Below are positions 42,261 to 53,655 of a stretch of DNA of 64,000 nucleotides, one piece after another. Location of the stretch: positions 60,202,001 through 60,266,000 of the forward strand of contig NW_025964112.1 in assembly GCF_023055435.1 (NCBI RefSeq), given 5' to 3'. Position numbers and translations under genes: made by a program. The notes beneath the pieces are model-generated. The model saw nothing but the letters and a program-made list of their open reading frames with translations. It did no database searches and was not told the DNA's origin. Source of the DNA: Haliotis rufescens (lineage: Eukaryota). Within the stretch, counting starts at the first letter, position 1. Every line of letters begins with the position of its first letter.

Positions 42261-45200
42261 ATGAGCAAATCTGTTGATTTTAATTGTGGTGTTGTACTAC
42301 CAGCTAGCGGAACTGGTGAGCGAATGGGCATTTGTACACCGAAACAGTTTCGTGATGTTTTAGGCAGACCTTTGATCGTCTTCACGATTTCAACATTTCA
42401 CAGGTGACCGATACAGAGTCAGATAGTCTTGGTTATACATTCAGTGGGTTATTTGCACTTGAAAACATATTCATATTAACTGCTTTAATCCAAAGATCGT
42501 CTTTGTAATTCTATTCTCAATTCAACGAGAGCTTTTATTTAAATCAAGTACAAAGCGATGATAACCCAGGAGATCGAGCAGCTAACTCATCAGCTCATTT
42601 ACTCCCTACCTGCTCATCAAGCGAATCATGCTTAATTCAGCCATATTAGTGAAACTAATGGAAGCCGTCAAGCAAGTGATACGTTACATGTCAACCAGTG
42701 TCAGTCATTCAATTTTGTATTTTTTATTCACTGCGAACAATATCACAATATATTTCCAAGTTTGCCCCACAAGGGCACTTAGATTGGAATCCTAGCTAAA
42801 TCCATGATGTAGGACAGTTATTTTTTTCTTTCAAATAAGCATGAACGTGATCATTGATGATGAAAATCAAAAGGTCCTTGTCTAACCCTTATGTTAAGAA
42901 TGATAGATGTAGTGTCGTTAGATTCGATTACTACAGCAACATACTCCAACAACTTGTGTATTTTGAAAAATTTATGTTGTCCGGAGCATGATTTAATTGT
43001 CTCATCAGGGTGTGTAATGTGTATTTTCCGTGAAGTATAAGCATGAATTCTTTGTTTACAACTGATGACTTGTAGAGTATACAGCGTTAGAAACTAACAG
43101 TTTTAGTCCACTAGTCCTTAAAATGATTCGTCACGATATGGCTGAAATATTGCCGATGTGACGTAAAGCATTAACTCACTCACTCACATAACATATAGCA
43201 AGACCCTTAAAAAGGGCTAATTTCTTCTGGTCCTTATGATACCTTAACTATTGGGCACTTTGGCAAGGACTATAGGACTAGTGCCAATTTCTAACACTGG
43301 TATATGTGTGAAAGGTTTCCATGGATCAAGTTCATCATTGTGACAGTGTCGGAGAGCTGCAAGGACACCATGCTCCAGCTGGTGACAGACTACAACCTAC
43401 ACAAGGTCACTGTTGTTGCTGGGTCTACAACAAGGCACAGATCTATCTACAATGGCATCAAAGCAGTTCCAAGTGGTACATCCGAATGAATAATAATATA
43501 CAGTATTAATAATGATTTAGCAATAATAGAAAACATGTAACACAATGATATAACCATTAGTTAGTAGGATGAACATTCACACATACATATATGATTTATT
43601 TGCAATAACAAGAGTGTGTGAAACGGATTTGTGCAGAAATTGCAATATTATAGGTGTAACCATGGTAACAATGTGACACGATGTGGTTTGTAAGCAGGGA
43701 GAAACACAGCAATTGAAGGCATGTTTCAAATTACAGTAAATTTAATCTCAGTCAAGTATCTGTGGTTTGTGCTTTTAAACAAAACAATATGCAAGGTTTG
43801 CTTAATGTTCTACACAGGATTGCAGATTGATCTTTTAGTTATCTTTTTCTTTCAAGGAATCTGTCCTATTGTTTCCTGAACATGATGAATGTCTGTCATA
43901 CATCCGAGTAATCTCTGTATATAATATGTGTGTCAATTCATTGCTTATTAAATTGTTTGATAGGCATTACTTATGTTTCTCATGTTTACACTGGCATCCT
44001 ACTGGAACATTACGCAACCATTTAGCTTAAAATTCCAGTAAGGTAGAATTATGCAGTGTTACCTCCCTTAGCAGTTCAAGGATCCTCTGGTTGTTGGTTA
44101 TGATGTCAGATCACCCATACTTTGTTCCTTGATCTATGGTCATGATATGAATCACTTTGGGCTTCTCACCACACAAATGGAGAGAAACCTACCAGGTGTT
44201 TTAGATGATGTTCTCTTGACTGTCATAATTGATATGATACTTTTCAATAACCATTCAGTCTTGTTTAGTTTAATTTCAAATATTCAGAAGAATCAACAAT
44301 GAAAAAAATACTGTCAGTAGCTTCATCTACCACTGATTGATAATGTTTTTGCAATTAAAAAAATCGATGTGTAGTATATCATTACTCAGTAGTGATATAC
44401 TACATGTTGATTTTTTTAATTGCAAAAAATTCAAAAATTCCATCTCGGACATGTCCGGCGCATATGACCGTTTTCGGACCTGCATTACTGCATGCTATGG
44501 AGTGCTGTAGAAGCACATGGTATTGTTTCCATTACAGCAGTGCCACACATACTGTGCGTGAACTGTGTCAGGCGTGACATCATCAGTGTATGACGCCATC
44601 GTCAGTAAATGATTGGATGTTTTCTTTGTGATTTGCCCCAAATACACGACGCTCTGGTTGTCATTTTAAGACATAATGGTACCCATGATAACACACTGAT
44701 ACATGCCCACTGTTTCAGTATGCAGTGCACCTGATGTTGTCTTGATTCATGATGCAGTGAGAATATTTGGTGAAGAAGATCTCATCCGAGACATTGCCTT
44801 GGCTGCCAACAAACATGGGGTAATGATCTTTGCTATTCTTGTTAATCCTGACCATGTTTATGTGGTGTGGTAGCCTAGTTGTAACAGTGTTTACTCATCA
44901 CGCCAGAGTTCTATCCACCCACAGGTACCATGTGTGAAGCCAAGTACTGGTGTCGTCCCCCCCCCCCCCCCCCCCCACATCATCGCGGTCTTGCGGGAAT
45001 ATTGCCGCAAGCTGTGTGAAAACCATACTCACTCAGTTACCCACTCAAACATGTTGAGTATTCACATCATCAGCAGACCTGTGAAGATCCGGGGTAGAGT
45101 AGGCCTTCAGCAACCCATGCTTGCCGTAAAAGATGACTTTGCTTGTCGTTAAAGGCAACTAACGGGATCGGGTGGTCAGGCTCGCTGACTTGGTTGATGC

Positions 45201-48200
45201 ATGTCATCGATCCCAATTGCGTGGATCGATGCTCATGATATTAATCACTGGATTGTCTGGTCCAGACTCGATTATTTACAGACCGCCGTCATATAGCTGG
45301 AATATTGCTGAGTGCTGCATTAACCAACAAACCAACCAACATCATCATCAACATGTGACAAGATGCTGTGTAACACGGAATTATTGTTTTTTTATGTGAA
45401 TCTCATTGTCATGCATGCATCATGCGTGAAAGTATGTGCTACTAAGTTATTAAGCTGTCACTAAGACATTGTTATTCTGCCAGGCATCAGGAGTGACCCG
45501 TCCCCTCGTATCCACGGTGATTGCGTCCGATTCTGAAGGGATGTTGACAGAGTCCCTAGACAGAAATCAGTACGCTGCGAGCGAGATGCCACAGGGCTTT
45601 AAGTACCACGTCATCAAACAGGCCTATGAGAAGGTAATCATAATGCAGATGAGAATAGTGTTTCAGTATTACCTCGTTTAACAGGCCAACGAGAAGGTAA
45701 TTCTAAGACAGACAGCGACAAGGATTTACACATGAGGGAACCACACTGAGGAATTGATAATCACATATGGTATAATTTACTTTCATTATGTAAGGTGGAA
45801 ATGTTCTAATGCCAGAATTTAATTACTTGTTTTACTGATTTTTATGCCCAAAAATGCCTGAAGGCAGTAAGGAAAAAAAACTGTTTTCCACATAAAAAAA
45901 TCACAGACTACCGGTAAACATATCACTGGATGGTAGAAGGGTCCAGGCTAACATTCACCATCCTTCACCTTTTGTTATTGGGGAGACCCGTGAAGATTCC
46001 GGGGTAGAATAGGTCTTCAGCAACCCATGCTTGTCGTAAAAGGCGACCAACGGGATCGGGTGGTCAGACTCGCTGACTTGGTTGATGCATGTCATTGATC
46101 CCAATTGGGTGGATCGATGCTCATGATATCAATCACTGGATTGTCTGGTCAAGACTCGATTATTTACAGACCGCCGTCATATAGCTGGAATATTGCTGAG
46201 TGCGGCGTTAAACAACAAACCAATCTATCTATCAATCTATCAGTTATTGGGGAACTAATGAAACAAGTTCAAGCAGGCCTAAACTGTCCACAGACTGTGA
46301 CCCAGTGTTTTGATCAATTTGACCAGTGTGTCAGTTACCCCTTGACCAGTCAAAGCCACATCAGACTTTGCTTCAGCCATCGGGGCAAGGGTTAGGGACT
46401 GACATCACTTCAAAAAGGGGTCTCTCTTTTGCAACAGACAACTTTAGAGCTATTCAAATGTAATCAGTGCATGTTTTGTCTCATTTCTGCTGGTGCATAT
46501 ATCCCAGTCTCATTTTATGAAGAGTAGAAAAATGTAGTCTTACTTTCTACTTGCCATCAAAAGTTCTGCTCTGATGAAAGACGGGTTGTCTGTGAATCAT
46601 TCCCTTACTTGTGCTCATTCCTCCAGGTTGTAGTCAGCCCAGATTATAGTTTCAGTTTATCATTTAACTTAAGCATTTATCCATGACATAAGCTTATGAC
46701 ATAAAAACATGTATGTCATACCCCAATGACATAAGTATGCAAATAAGATATGCAAATTAGATAACCGGAAGAGCGAGCGGTTTGATTTGAAACTATATAT
46801 TATAAGTGAAGTTACACCAGAGATATAATCAGATTACACAGAATCGTTGTTGTTACCGTTATTAAAGTTTCAATTATTCTGCAAAAGTCTGTTCAAGTAT
46901 TTTGTTTAAAATAATCCGAGGAACTTTTTTTCTCAGCGAATTGTTTATTTTGGTTTACATGGCTATGGAAAACATGTATCACTACGCACGATCTATACGT
47001 AAGATTTCGACAAGTTGCTGATGTTAATGTTTAATGCAATTATTCCTTAATTTGGAAGCAAAAATGTGAAAATGATAAAAAGAATTCATCACGAGTGTTT
47101 TTTAATATGGGAAATATCAACCTCGTCCCGTTAATCGGTATTTGCCTCGCCAAAGGCTCGGCAAATACCTATTAACTAAGACTCAGTTGATATTTCCCAT
47201 ATTAAAAAACACTTGTGATGAATCCTCTATATATGTGCTGAGAAGTGTATGAAGCACATCTGACTCACATCAAAAAGCATAGATTTGAAGATTTACATTT
47301 TATTGACAGAGTACTGACTTTGATTTTGACTACGGTACTGAGTGTCTTCTGCTGGCCAAGAAGTATGCCGGGGTGAACGCGTGTATCGTGCCAGGCAAGC
47401 CCTACTTATGGAAGGTAGGCATATTAACATGCAGGTGTCGAATCAGTGTTGACAGGAGGTCAATGTACAAGTAAAGCCTCAGTGTTACATTGACAACACA
47501 AGACTACAGGACATTATGTCAGAGCTCCAGATAAGCTTTTGGTGTTGTGGGTATTTTACCCATGCATTTTAAAATCATTGGGTATCAGTAATTCTATCTG
47601 GGTATTCAAATTTCTGTTACCCACTAGTTTTTACAAATGTGGGTATTTAAGTTAAATATTTAAAAACACTTCATCTAGTCCCTGCAAACTGTTGTCGTGT
47701 GGGTTCGAGAGCTTTATAGGACTCAAAAATACTGCGATACTTCCACAAGAAAGTGTGATGGCAAATGATCATGATGTAAGTATTGTAACTGTCATCGTGG
47801 AGTTTGGCAAGGTTGACGGAATGTCCGTATAAAATTTCAAAATAAGTTTGATTTGCTAATCGAATACGCAGGGTTACTTCACATTATTTTGATGATACAC
47901 ACTAGTTTTATTTTTGTAGCGTATCTGTAATGTTCGTTGCGTATTTGATACACTTGAATTTTATTTCACTGCATATTTCTCCATTTCTGATGCGTATTTT
48001 ACGCAGATACGCAGCTTATCTGGAGCTCGGCATTATGTTACTATTTCTAATCAGCTGATTATAAAGTTATTTTCCTCAAAACAAAATTTTGAAATACGTT
48101 AAGGATTAAGTGCTTCTTATTGTGTTTTCAAAATACTGGAAAGGATCACTTGTTAAACAAGAAACTAGTGTGCAGAATCCATTTTTTTCAACAATGTTTT

Positions 48201-51200
48201 AGAAAATACCAGGAGTTAGAACAGTATGTTGATATATTCTGGATGGAGTAACTTCCTGACTTGGACTGTTTCCTTTCTGCCCAGGTCACCCACAAGAAGG
48301 ATTTATATGCTGCAGAAGCCATGTTGAAAGGTACTTCATCATCATGAGACCCGTGAAGATTCCGGGGTAGAATAGGTCTTCAGCAAACCATACTTGCCGT
48401 AAAAGGCGACTATGCTTGTCGTAAAAGGCGACTAACGGGATCGGGTGGTCAGGCTCACTGACTTGGTTGATACATATCATTGATCCCAATTGCGTGGATT
48501 GATGCTCATGTTGTCAATCACTGGATTGTCTGGTCCAGACTCGATTATTTTACAGACCGCCGTCATATAGCTGGAATATTGCTGAGTGCGGCGTTAAACA
48601 ACAAATCAACCAATCATCATCATGATTATGCAGGGATTGATCTAGGCCTACCCATATCCTGATATTCAGTTCCAAATCTGAAGCAAATATCAGCAATAAT
48701 TAACAAGTAGGAATTAAGGTTTACCACTTGAGGTTAATATGACTGATGGTATGGCTTTGGAGAGGTCAGTGACATGTTTAATTCAACATGATTAAATTCC
48801 ATGCATGTTAAAGTACCTCCGAATACAAGAAAATGATAACTTAAATAAAATAATTTTGAAATCTTTGGTAGGCATTAGAAGTTGCAAGAACATGAAGACC
48901 TCAATGTGAATAGCCTCCATTGCACAAGATGGACGATCATTAGAAATACCATCCTCTATGATAAAATCACCAGCTACAAATGTTGTATTCGTACCTCATT
49001 CAACTGCAGTTGTTGCTGCCAATATCACTCAATACCATTGTCATTTTTTTTTAAATTTTATTTAATATTGAGCAATATGTACATGAGTAATAAACTTCAC
49101 TCATTCCTGTAAAATGCTGTTTTTATTAGGAGTATATATGCAAAATATATCTTACTTGTTTTCACTTGTTAGACAAATTTGAAATGCTTTAGTTGTAATA
49201 AAAAGGATATCTCTATTTGATCAGTAACTACTGGTATCAATTATCATTGTATTTGGGATATAACAGCAATGATCTTGCTCAAAGTTTGATGGGACATGCT
49301 TCCATACCATTAAAAAAAATTGAAATATTTTGGATCACAGTCAGTCAGTGTCCCAGAAAATGAACCAATTTGAAACCTTGTAACCATGGTAACAGTAGGG
49401 TGGGACATACTTCCATACCATTCCGAAAATTATAATATTTTTGATGACAATCAGTCAGTGTCCCAGAAAATGAACCAATCTGAAACCTTGTAACCATGGT
49501 AACAGTAGGGTGGGGCATACTTCCATACCATTCCGAAAATTGAAATATTTTTGATGACAATCACTCAGTGTCCTAGAAAATGAACCAATCTGAAACCTTG
49601 TAACCATGGTAACAGTAGGGTGTTTGTTTTCACAGAGCAGTTTCTCCAAGTGTCCATACTGTCCACAAGTGGCCAAGCCACGTTAGTGGACACCCTTGAG
49701 AGGGAGCTGTGCACTGCCCTGAGATCCGAGCAGGTGAGGAAGGACTGAGGATGTGAAGTTGTGAGAGTCTGGGACTGTTGTTTTTGTACAAGTGAGAAAA
49801 AGGAGAAAAAAAACAACTTTTCGGCAATAGATGGCTTAATTATGTGGCATGCTAATTTGAAAAGTATGTGAGTGAAACAAAGTCAAAAATATTTATGATG
49901 TATAGTTTTGTAAGTGTGTTGTAAAATATAAAAACTAAAATGTATAGTTATGTATGTTGTGAAATGTAAAAAATACATTGTATAGTTTCATAAGTACGTT
50001 TTGAAAGTATTAGAAATATAATGTATAATTGCCAAACTAGGCTGGAATTCTTGGGCTCGACCGTAGCGCCACCAGTGGTTATTACGAGTTATGTTCCTTC
50101 TAAACCTCTCCTATGGACCAATCAGATTCCACCTCTCGTATCACTTGCATTTGTTTCACACAAAATGGTGGCGCCCAGTCAAAACGATCTGATTGATAAT
50201 CAAGATCTATATTGTGGTCTTACATAGCGAAGTGCATCAAATCACGTGAGCACCTTGATTAAAAACATGAAAAGACTTGGAAAATATATGTTGACAACGA
50301 GTTGGCGGTGCACATGCTTAGCAAATCCTGCAATCGACAGAAATCTGCACGACATTTTACAAACCGGAGTTCGATTTCGGTGCACGATTTTGATTGGACT
50401 ATGCATAGACTCGTTAGCCCAGCCAAAATGTAACTTCATAAAACCAGCCTAGTTCGGCAAGGGTGGAAACTGGACTTTTATAGTAAGTTAACTCACTTGC
50501 CTCGGGAAGATGGATGTATTGTTGCAGAAGTATATTGAATACCCCATGTGATACTCTGCAGGTGAAAGTGACATCAGAGATAATCCCCAAATCCAACTCC
50601 CCCAGTGAACATCCCAACACCTTCATCCACATCCACACCTCGCAGCCCAGTGACTGGTCAACTCTGAACCCTGCCACCCGTCCGTGTGGTGACCGCCTGT
50701 TGTTTGACCACTGCCACATCCATGTGTTTCTTCTGGACCCGACCCAGGTGTCCGCTCAGCATCACCAACTGAGTGTCCACTTCAAACAACTAGCCAAGCA
50801 GCTGCAGGATCAGCATTTCATAGTGTACGCTGTTCTAGCTCAGGTACTTCCCTCCCTCAATACAACTAACCTAGCTGTATAGTTTCATGATGGTTGGTTG
50901 GTTGGTTGGTTTGTTGTTTTACGCTGCACTCAGCAATATTTCAGCTATATGACGGCGGTCTGTAAATAATCGAATCTGGACCAGACAATCCAGTGATTAA
51001 TATCATGAGCATCGATCCACGCAACTGGGATCGATGACATGCATCAACCAAGTCAGCGAGCCTGACCACCCGATCCCGTTAGTCGCCTTTTACGACAAGC
51101 ATGGGTTGCTGAAGACCTATTCTACCCCGGATCTTCACGGGTCAGTTTCATGATGAGAACATAAAGTTTCTGAAAAACAATAGCTAGCATATTCCAAAGG

Positions 51201-51392
51201 GCCTCACATCATCCTCTCTTTTTTTATTTAGCCTGCTCTGGTTTTACCATCTTAACAATAAATAAAAGCCAGGTGTATAATAAGTCCTATGTATTTCAGA
51301 CAACAGAAAGCAGTGAAGCAGTGTCAGCAATGGTAAAGCATCTCGTCTTCCACAGAAGTACATCCCTCGCAGGGCAAGTCTTCCTTGTGTGA
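42261..51392 (+). CDS. CRPPA: D-ribitol-5-phosphate cytidylyltransferase (ISPD), 9 exons, 392 aa
   Basis: Exons 42261-42403, 43315-43475, 44719-44819, 45484-45633, 47310-47414, 48285-48330, 49636-49733, 50562-50843 and 51300-51392. All are GT-AG with consistent phases (1179 nt). Motifs: [58 protein letters not shown] and C-terminal LAGQVFLV. Confidence 0.92.
44862..45045 (+). mobile_element. Family A SINE, diverged, with poly-C expansion
   Basis: ggtagcctagttg..catcacgcc..tgtgtgaagcc..ggaatattgc..aaaccatactcactca. Confidence 0.7.
45076..45340 (+). mobile_element. Family D retroposon, full length
   Basis: Starts GACCTGTGAAGATCC; (CAAC)n tail; TSD catcatca(g/a)ca. Confidence 0.88.
45985..46242 (+). 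mobile_element. Family D retroposon, full length (single-hairpin variant)
   Basis: Starts GACCCGTGAAG; TSD gttattgggga. Confidence 0.92.
47083..47226. repeat. ~140-bp near-perfect inverted repeat (hairpin), probably the end of a non-autonomous DNA element
   Basis: attcatcacgagtgttttttaatatgggaaatatcaac...gttgatatttcccatattaaaaaacacttgtgatgaat around gcctcgccaaaggctcggc. Confidence 0.85.
47520..48030. mobile_element. hAT-type MITE
   Basis: TIRs CAGAGCTCCAGATAAGCT / AGCTTATCTGGAGCTCGG with a perfect 8-bp TSD CATTATGT. Confidence 0.9.
48348..48613 (+). mobile_element. Family D retroposon, full length (double-hairpin variant)
   Basis: Starts GACCCGTGAAG 17 nt after the CRPPA exon 6 donor; TSD tcatcatcatga. 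Confidence 0.92.
49290..49621. repeat. ~110-bp tandem repeat, 3 copies
   Basis: gggacatacttccatacca...gtaaccatggtaacagtagggt at ~49291, 49402 and 49512. Confidence 0.9.
50035..50453. mobile_element. Putative MITE with short TIRs
   Basis: AACTAGGCTGG ... CCAGCCTAGTT; composition differs from the AT-rich left flank; no clear TSD. Confidence 0.5.
50893..51143 (-). mobile_element. Family D retroposon, full length (single-hairpin variant)
   Basis: Perfect TSD agtttcatgatg, (GGTT)n tail, ends ..atcttcacgggtc. Confidence 0.93.
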
Positions 51393-52254
51393 CAGGAGTT
51401 GTCTCCCTTCTCCATAATCATTGCGTCTTCTCATCCTCATCTTGTTTCTGATACTGTCAAAAACACGTACACTTTATATAACACAAACCTCGATATTCAT
51501 CTACCATACTTTTGAAGAAAACTCTTAAGAAATATGTAAGCAGGTACTTTTCAGGAACTGAATTTCAGGAATAATTTATCTCTCATACCTGACCTACAAT
51601 TGTTTGCTCAGTTTTATTGTTATATATTCATATCAATGATCGGCATCAAGCACTATTACCAAAACAATATCTTACTGACTGTTGTTCATGATTTCTGCTC
51701 ATGAATATTTTATTTTGGCTTTTTTTTTCTCTTGCACAAGTAGGTTCGAGTCCAGACTAGTACAAGCAGATACACACACACGTGCATGCACGTCGCTATA
51801 TAAGTGCAATAATCTTGGACGCGACGTGAATCACCTTTCGCCTCACCTTGTGCACATGTAAAGGTGCGCACCCATGGCAGATGTACCTATACTGGTCATG
51901 CAACAATATCTGTTTGGTTGGCTTTATGATATATCTGGTTGTATTATAAAACATGATCTCAATCTTTGAATTTATAGACTGTTACAGTTTACCTGTTTTT
52001 CAACATAATACTAGTTATAACACTAGTTATAACAGCAGGTTTTGTGTGTAAGGTGGGAAACCACTATGGCTCATTTATTGTACATGATACTTGAAGGTTT
52101 GGAGGTGTTTGAATTTTAGTACCCCTCAATGAAGTCTTTAATGAGGGGAGTTGCCACTGTATAGCAACATTTCAAATGTCTCAGATTTCAAAAATGAAAA
52201 ACATCCTGGATGATAATTTGATATGAAACAGTCAAAGTAACAAACATTCTACGG

Positions 52255-52530
52255 AGGCGGGCACAGGTGGCCCAGTCGTCTAAGGCGCCACGATTCCCTG
52301 TGCAGAGTTGCCTCCCTTGGACACGCCAGAAACCTATGATTGTGGGTTCGAATCCCGGTTCGCCCCGATTATGTTTCTAGGTTTGTCAGCACCATACCCG
52401 TGCTCATGGGTTTCACGGAAGTGGTAAACGTCTGAGACCTTCATCACTTCGGGCTTTCCTCCCACATGAAGCTGACACGCCGTGATATAACTGGAATACT
52501 GTTAAAAGCGGTGTTAAACACAACTCACTC
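52255..52530 (+). mobile_element. Family C SINE, full length
   Basis: A-box-like TGGCCCAGTCGT, B box GGTTCGAATCC, tail aactcactc. Confidence 0.9.
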
Positions 52531-52772
52531 TACGAAGACAATGGATGAAAGTAAGAGGAAGGATAAGGGTCCCTTTTGTCCATGAGATATGCATAATGAG
52601 GAAAAGCTTTAGATAGGTCCTTGTGAGAGTTAGCAGATGTGTTCATATAAATGACAATGAGAATTTGTTCATTTCAACAGTTGCATGTTTGGTACCAAAT
52701 GCACAGGTAAGATTAAGGTAATATGTTAAAAGATCCGATATCAGAGGGGGTTTATAATGTTCTTTTCTAATA

Positions 52773-53097
52773 CCGTATTCGACATAATAAGCGCCCCTCT
52801 CTAATAAGCGCCCACAGCGATATTTGCTAATATATTGGCTAGTGAACAATCCCAATCAGCACCCCTTCCGATTGATCAATGACTTATTTATTTGTGTATA
52901 ATACGCACTCGTGTGTTTTAATACCCTTAATTATGGGCAATAAAATTCTTGAAAAATATATCTGTCGTATGTAAACATTTCAGGCTGTTAGCATAAACCA
53001 CGAAATTTACGATCTTTCAACTCAAAATAATATTCTAATAAGGGCCCCCTATTTCTAATTTTGAGAGCGCCCTGTGCGCTTATTACGTTGAATACGG
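52773..53097. mobile_element. TA-TSD MITE, copy 2 (inverted relative to 35598-35941)
   Basis: TA-CCGTATTCGAC..AATACGG-TA; interior is the reverse complement of copy 1. Confidence 0.85.
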
Positions 53098-53655
53098 TAG
53101 TTTTAAATGAGAATGTTTTGACCCAAGCTTTCTTTGTCGATGATGATAAAAACAGTACAACCATACTGAACAAGAAGTTTAGGATCATGAATATATTTTA
53201 GGATTTAAATATCCCAAAAAATATTCATGATCCCTAACTGTTTTCATTCAGTATTTGTTGTAAAAAATTGTTTTGTCTCACAGACTGCTCCTACTAGTCA
53301 TATCTTCCCTTGAAGTCCGACATATCTGCCTGTTTATCTTCATTTAGCCATTATAATGTATTTGGGATTTTTTTGGGATATTTAAATCCTAAATCCTATG
53401 TTTATCCAACTGACCATAGATTAGCCATGCTTTTGCATGTGTTTGTGAGGGGTGCCACTGGTGGGGCAGGGTACACCCACCCTTTCACTAACAGCTGGTA
53501 CCGTCACCATTTGATAGTGATTCATAAACATATACTCATACAGAGTCTCACTCAGAGTCGGAATCGTACAATCAACTCTGCTTTTAGCAGAATTTTTCTA
53601 TGAATATGGAAAAGGTTTTGTCACTTTTTTATACTGTTATAAGATTGAAATAATA

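Noticed and set aside
45985-46090. Assigning the family D head to a named ribozyme class (HDV-like, pistol, twister-sister)
   Set aside because: Only partial resemblance; the full helix order and catalytic residues could not be satisfied by eye, so it is left as an untested candidate
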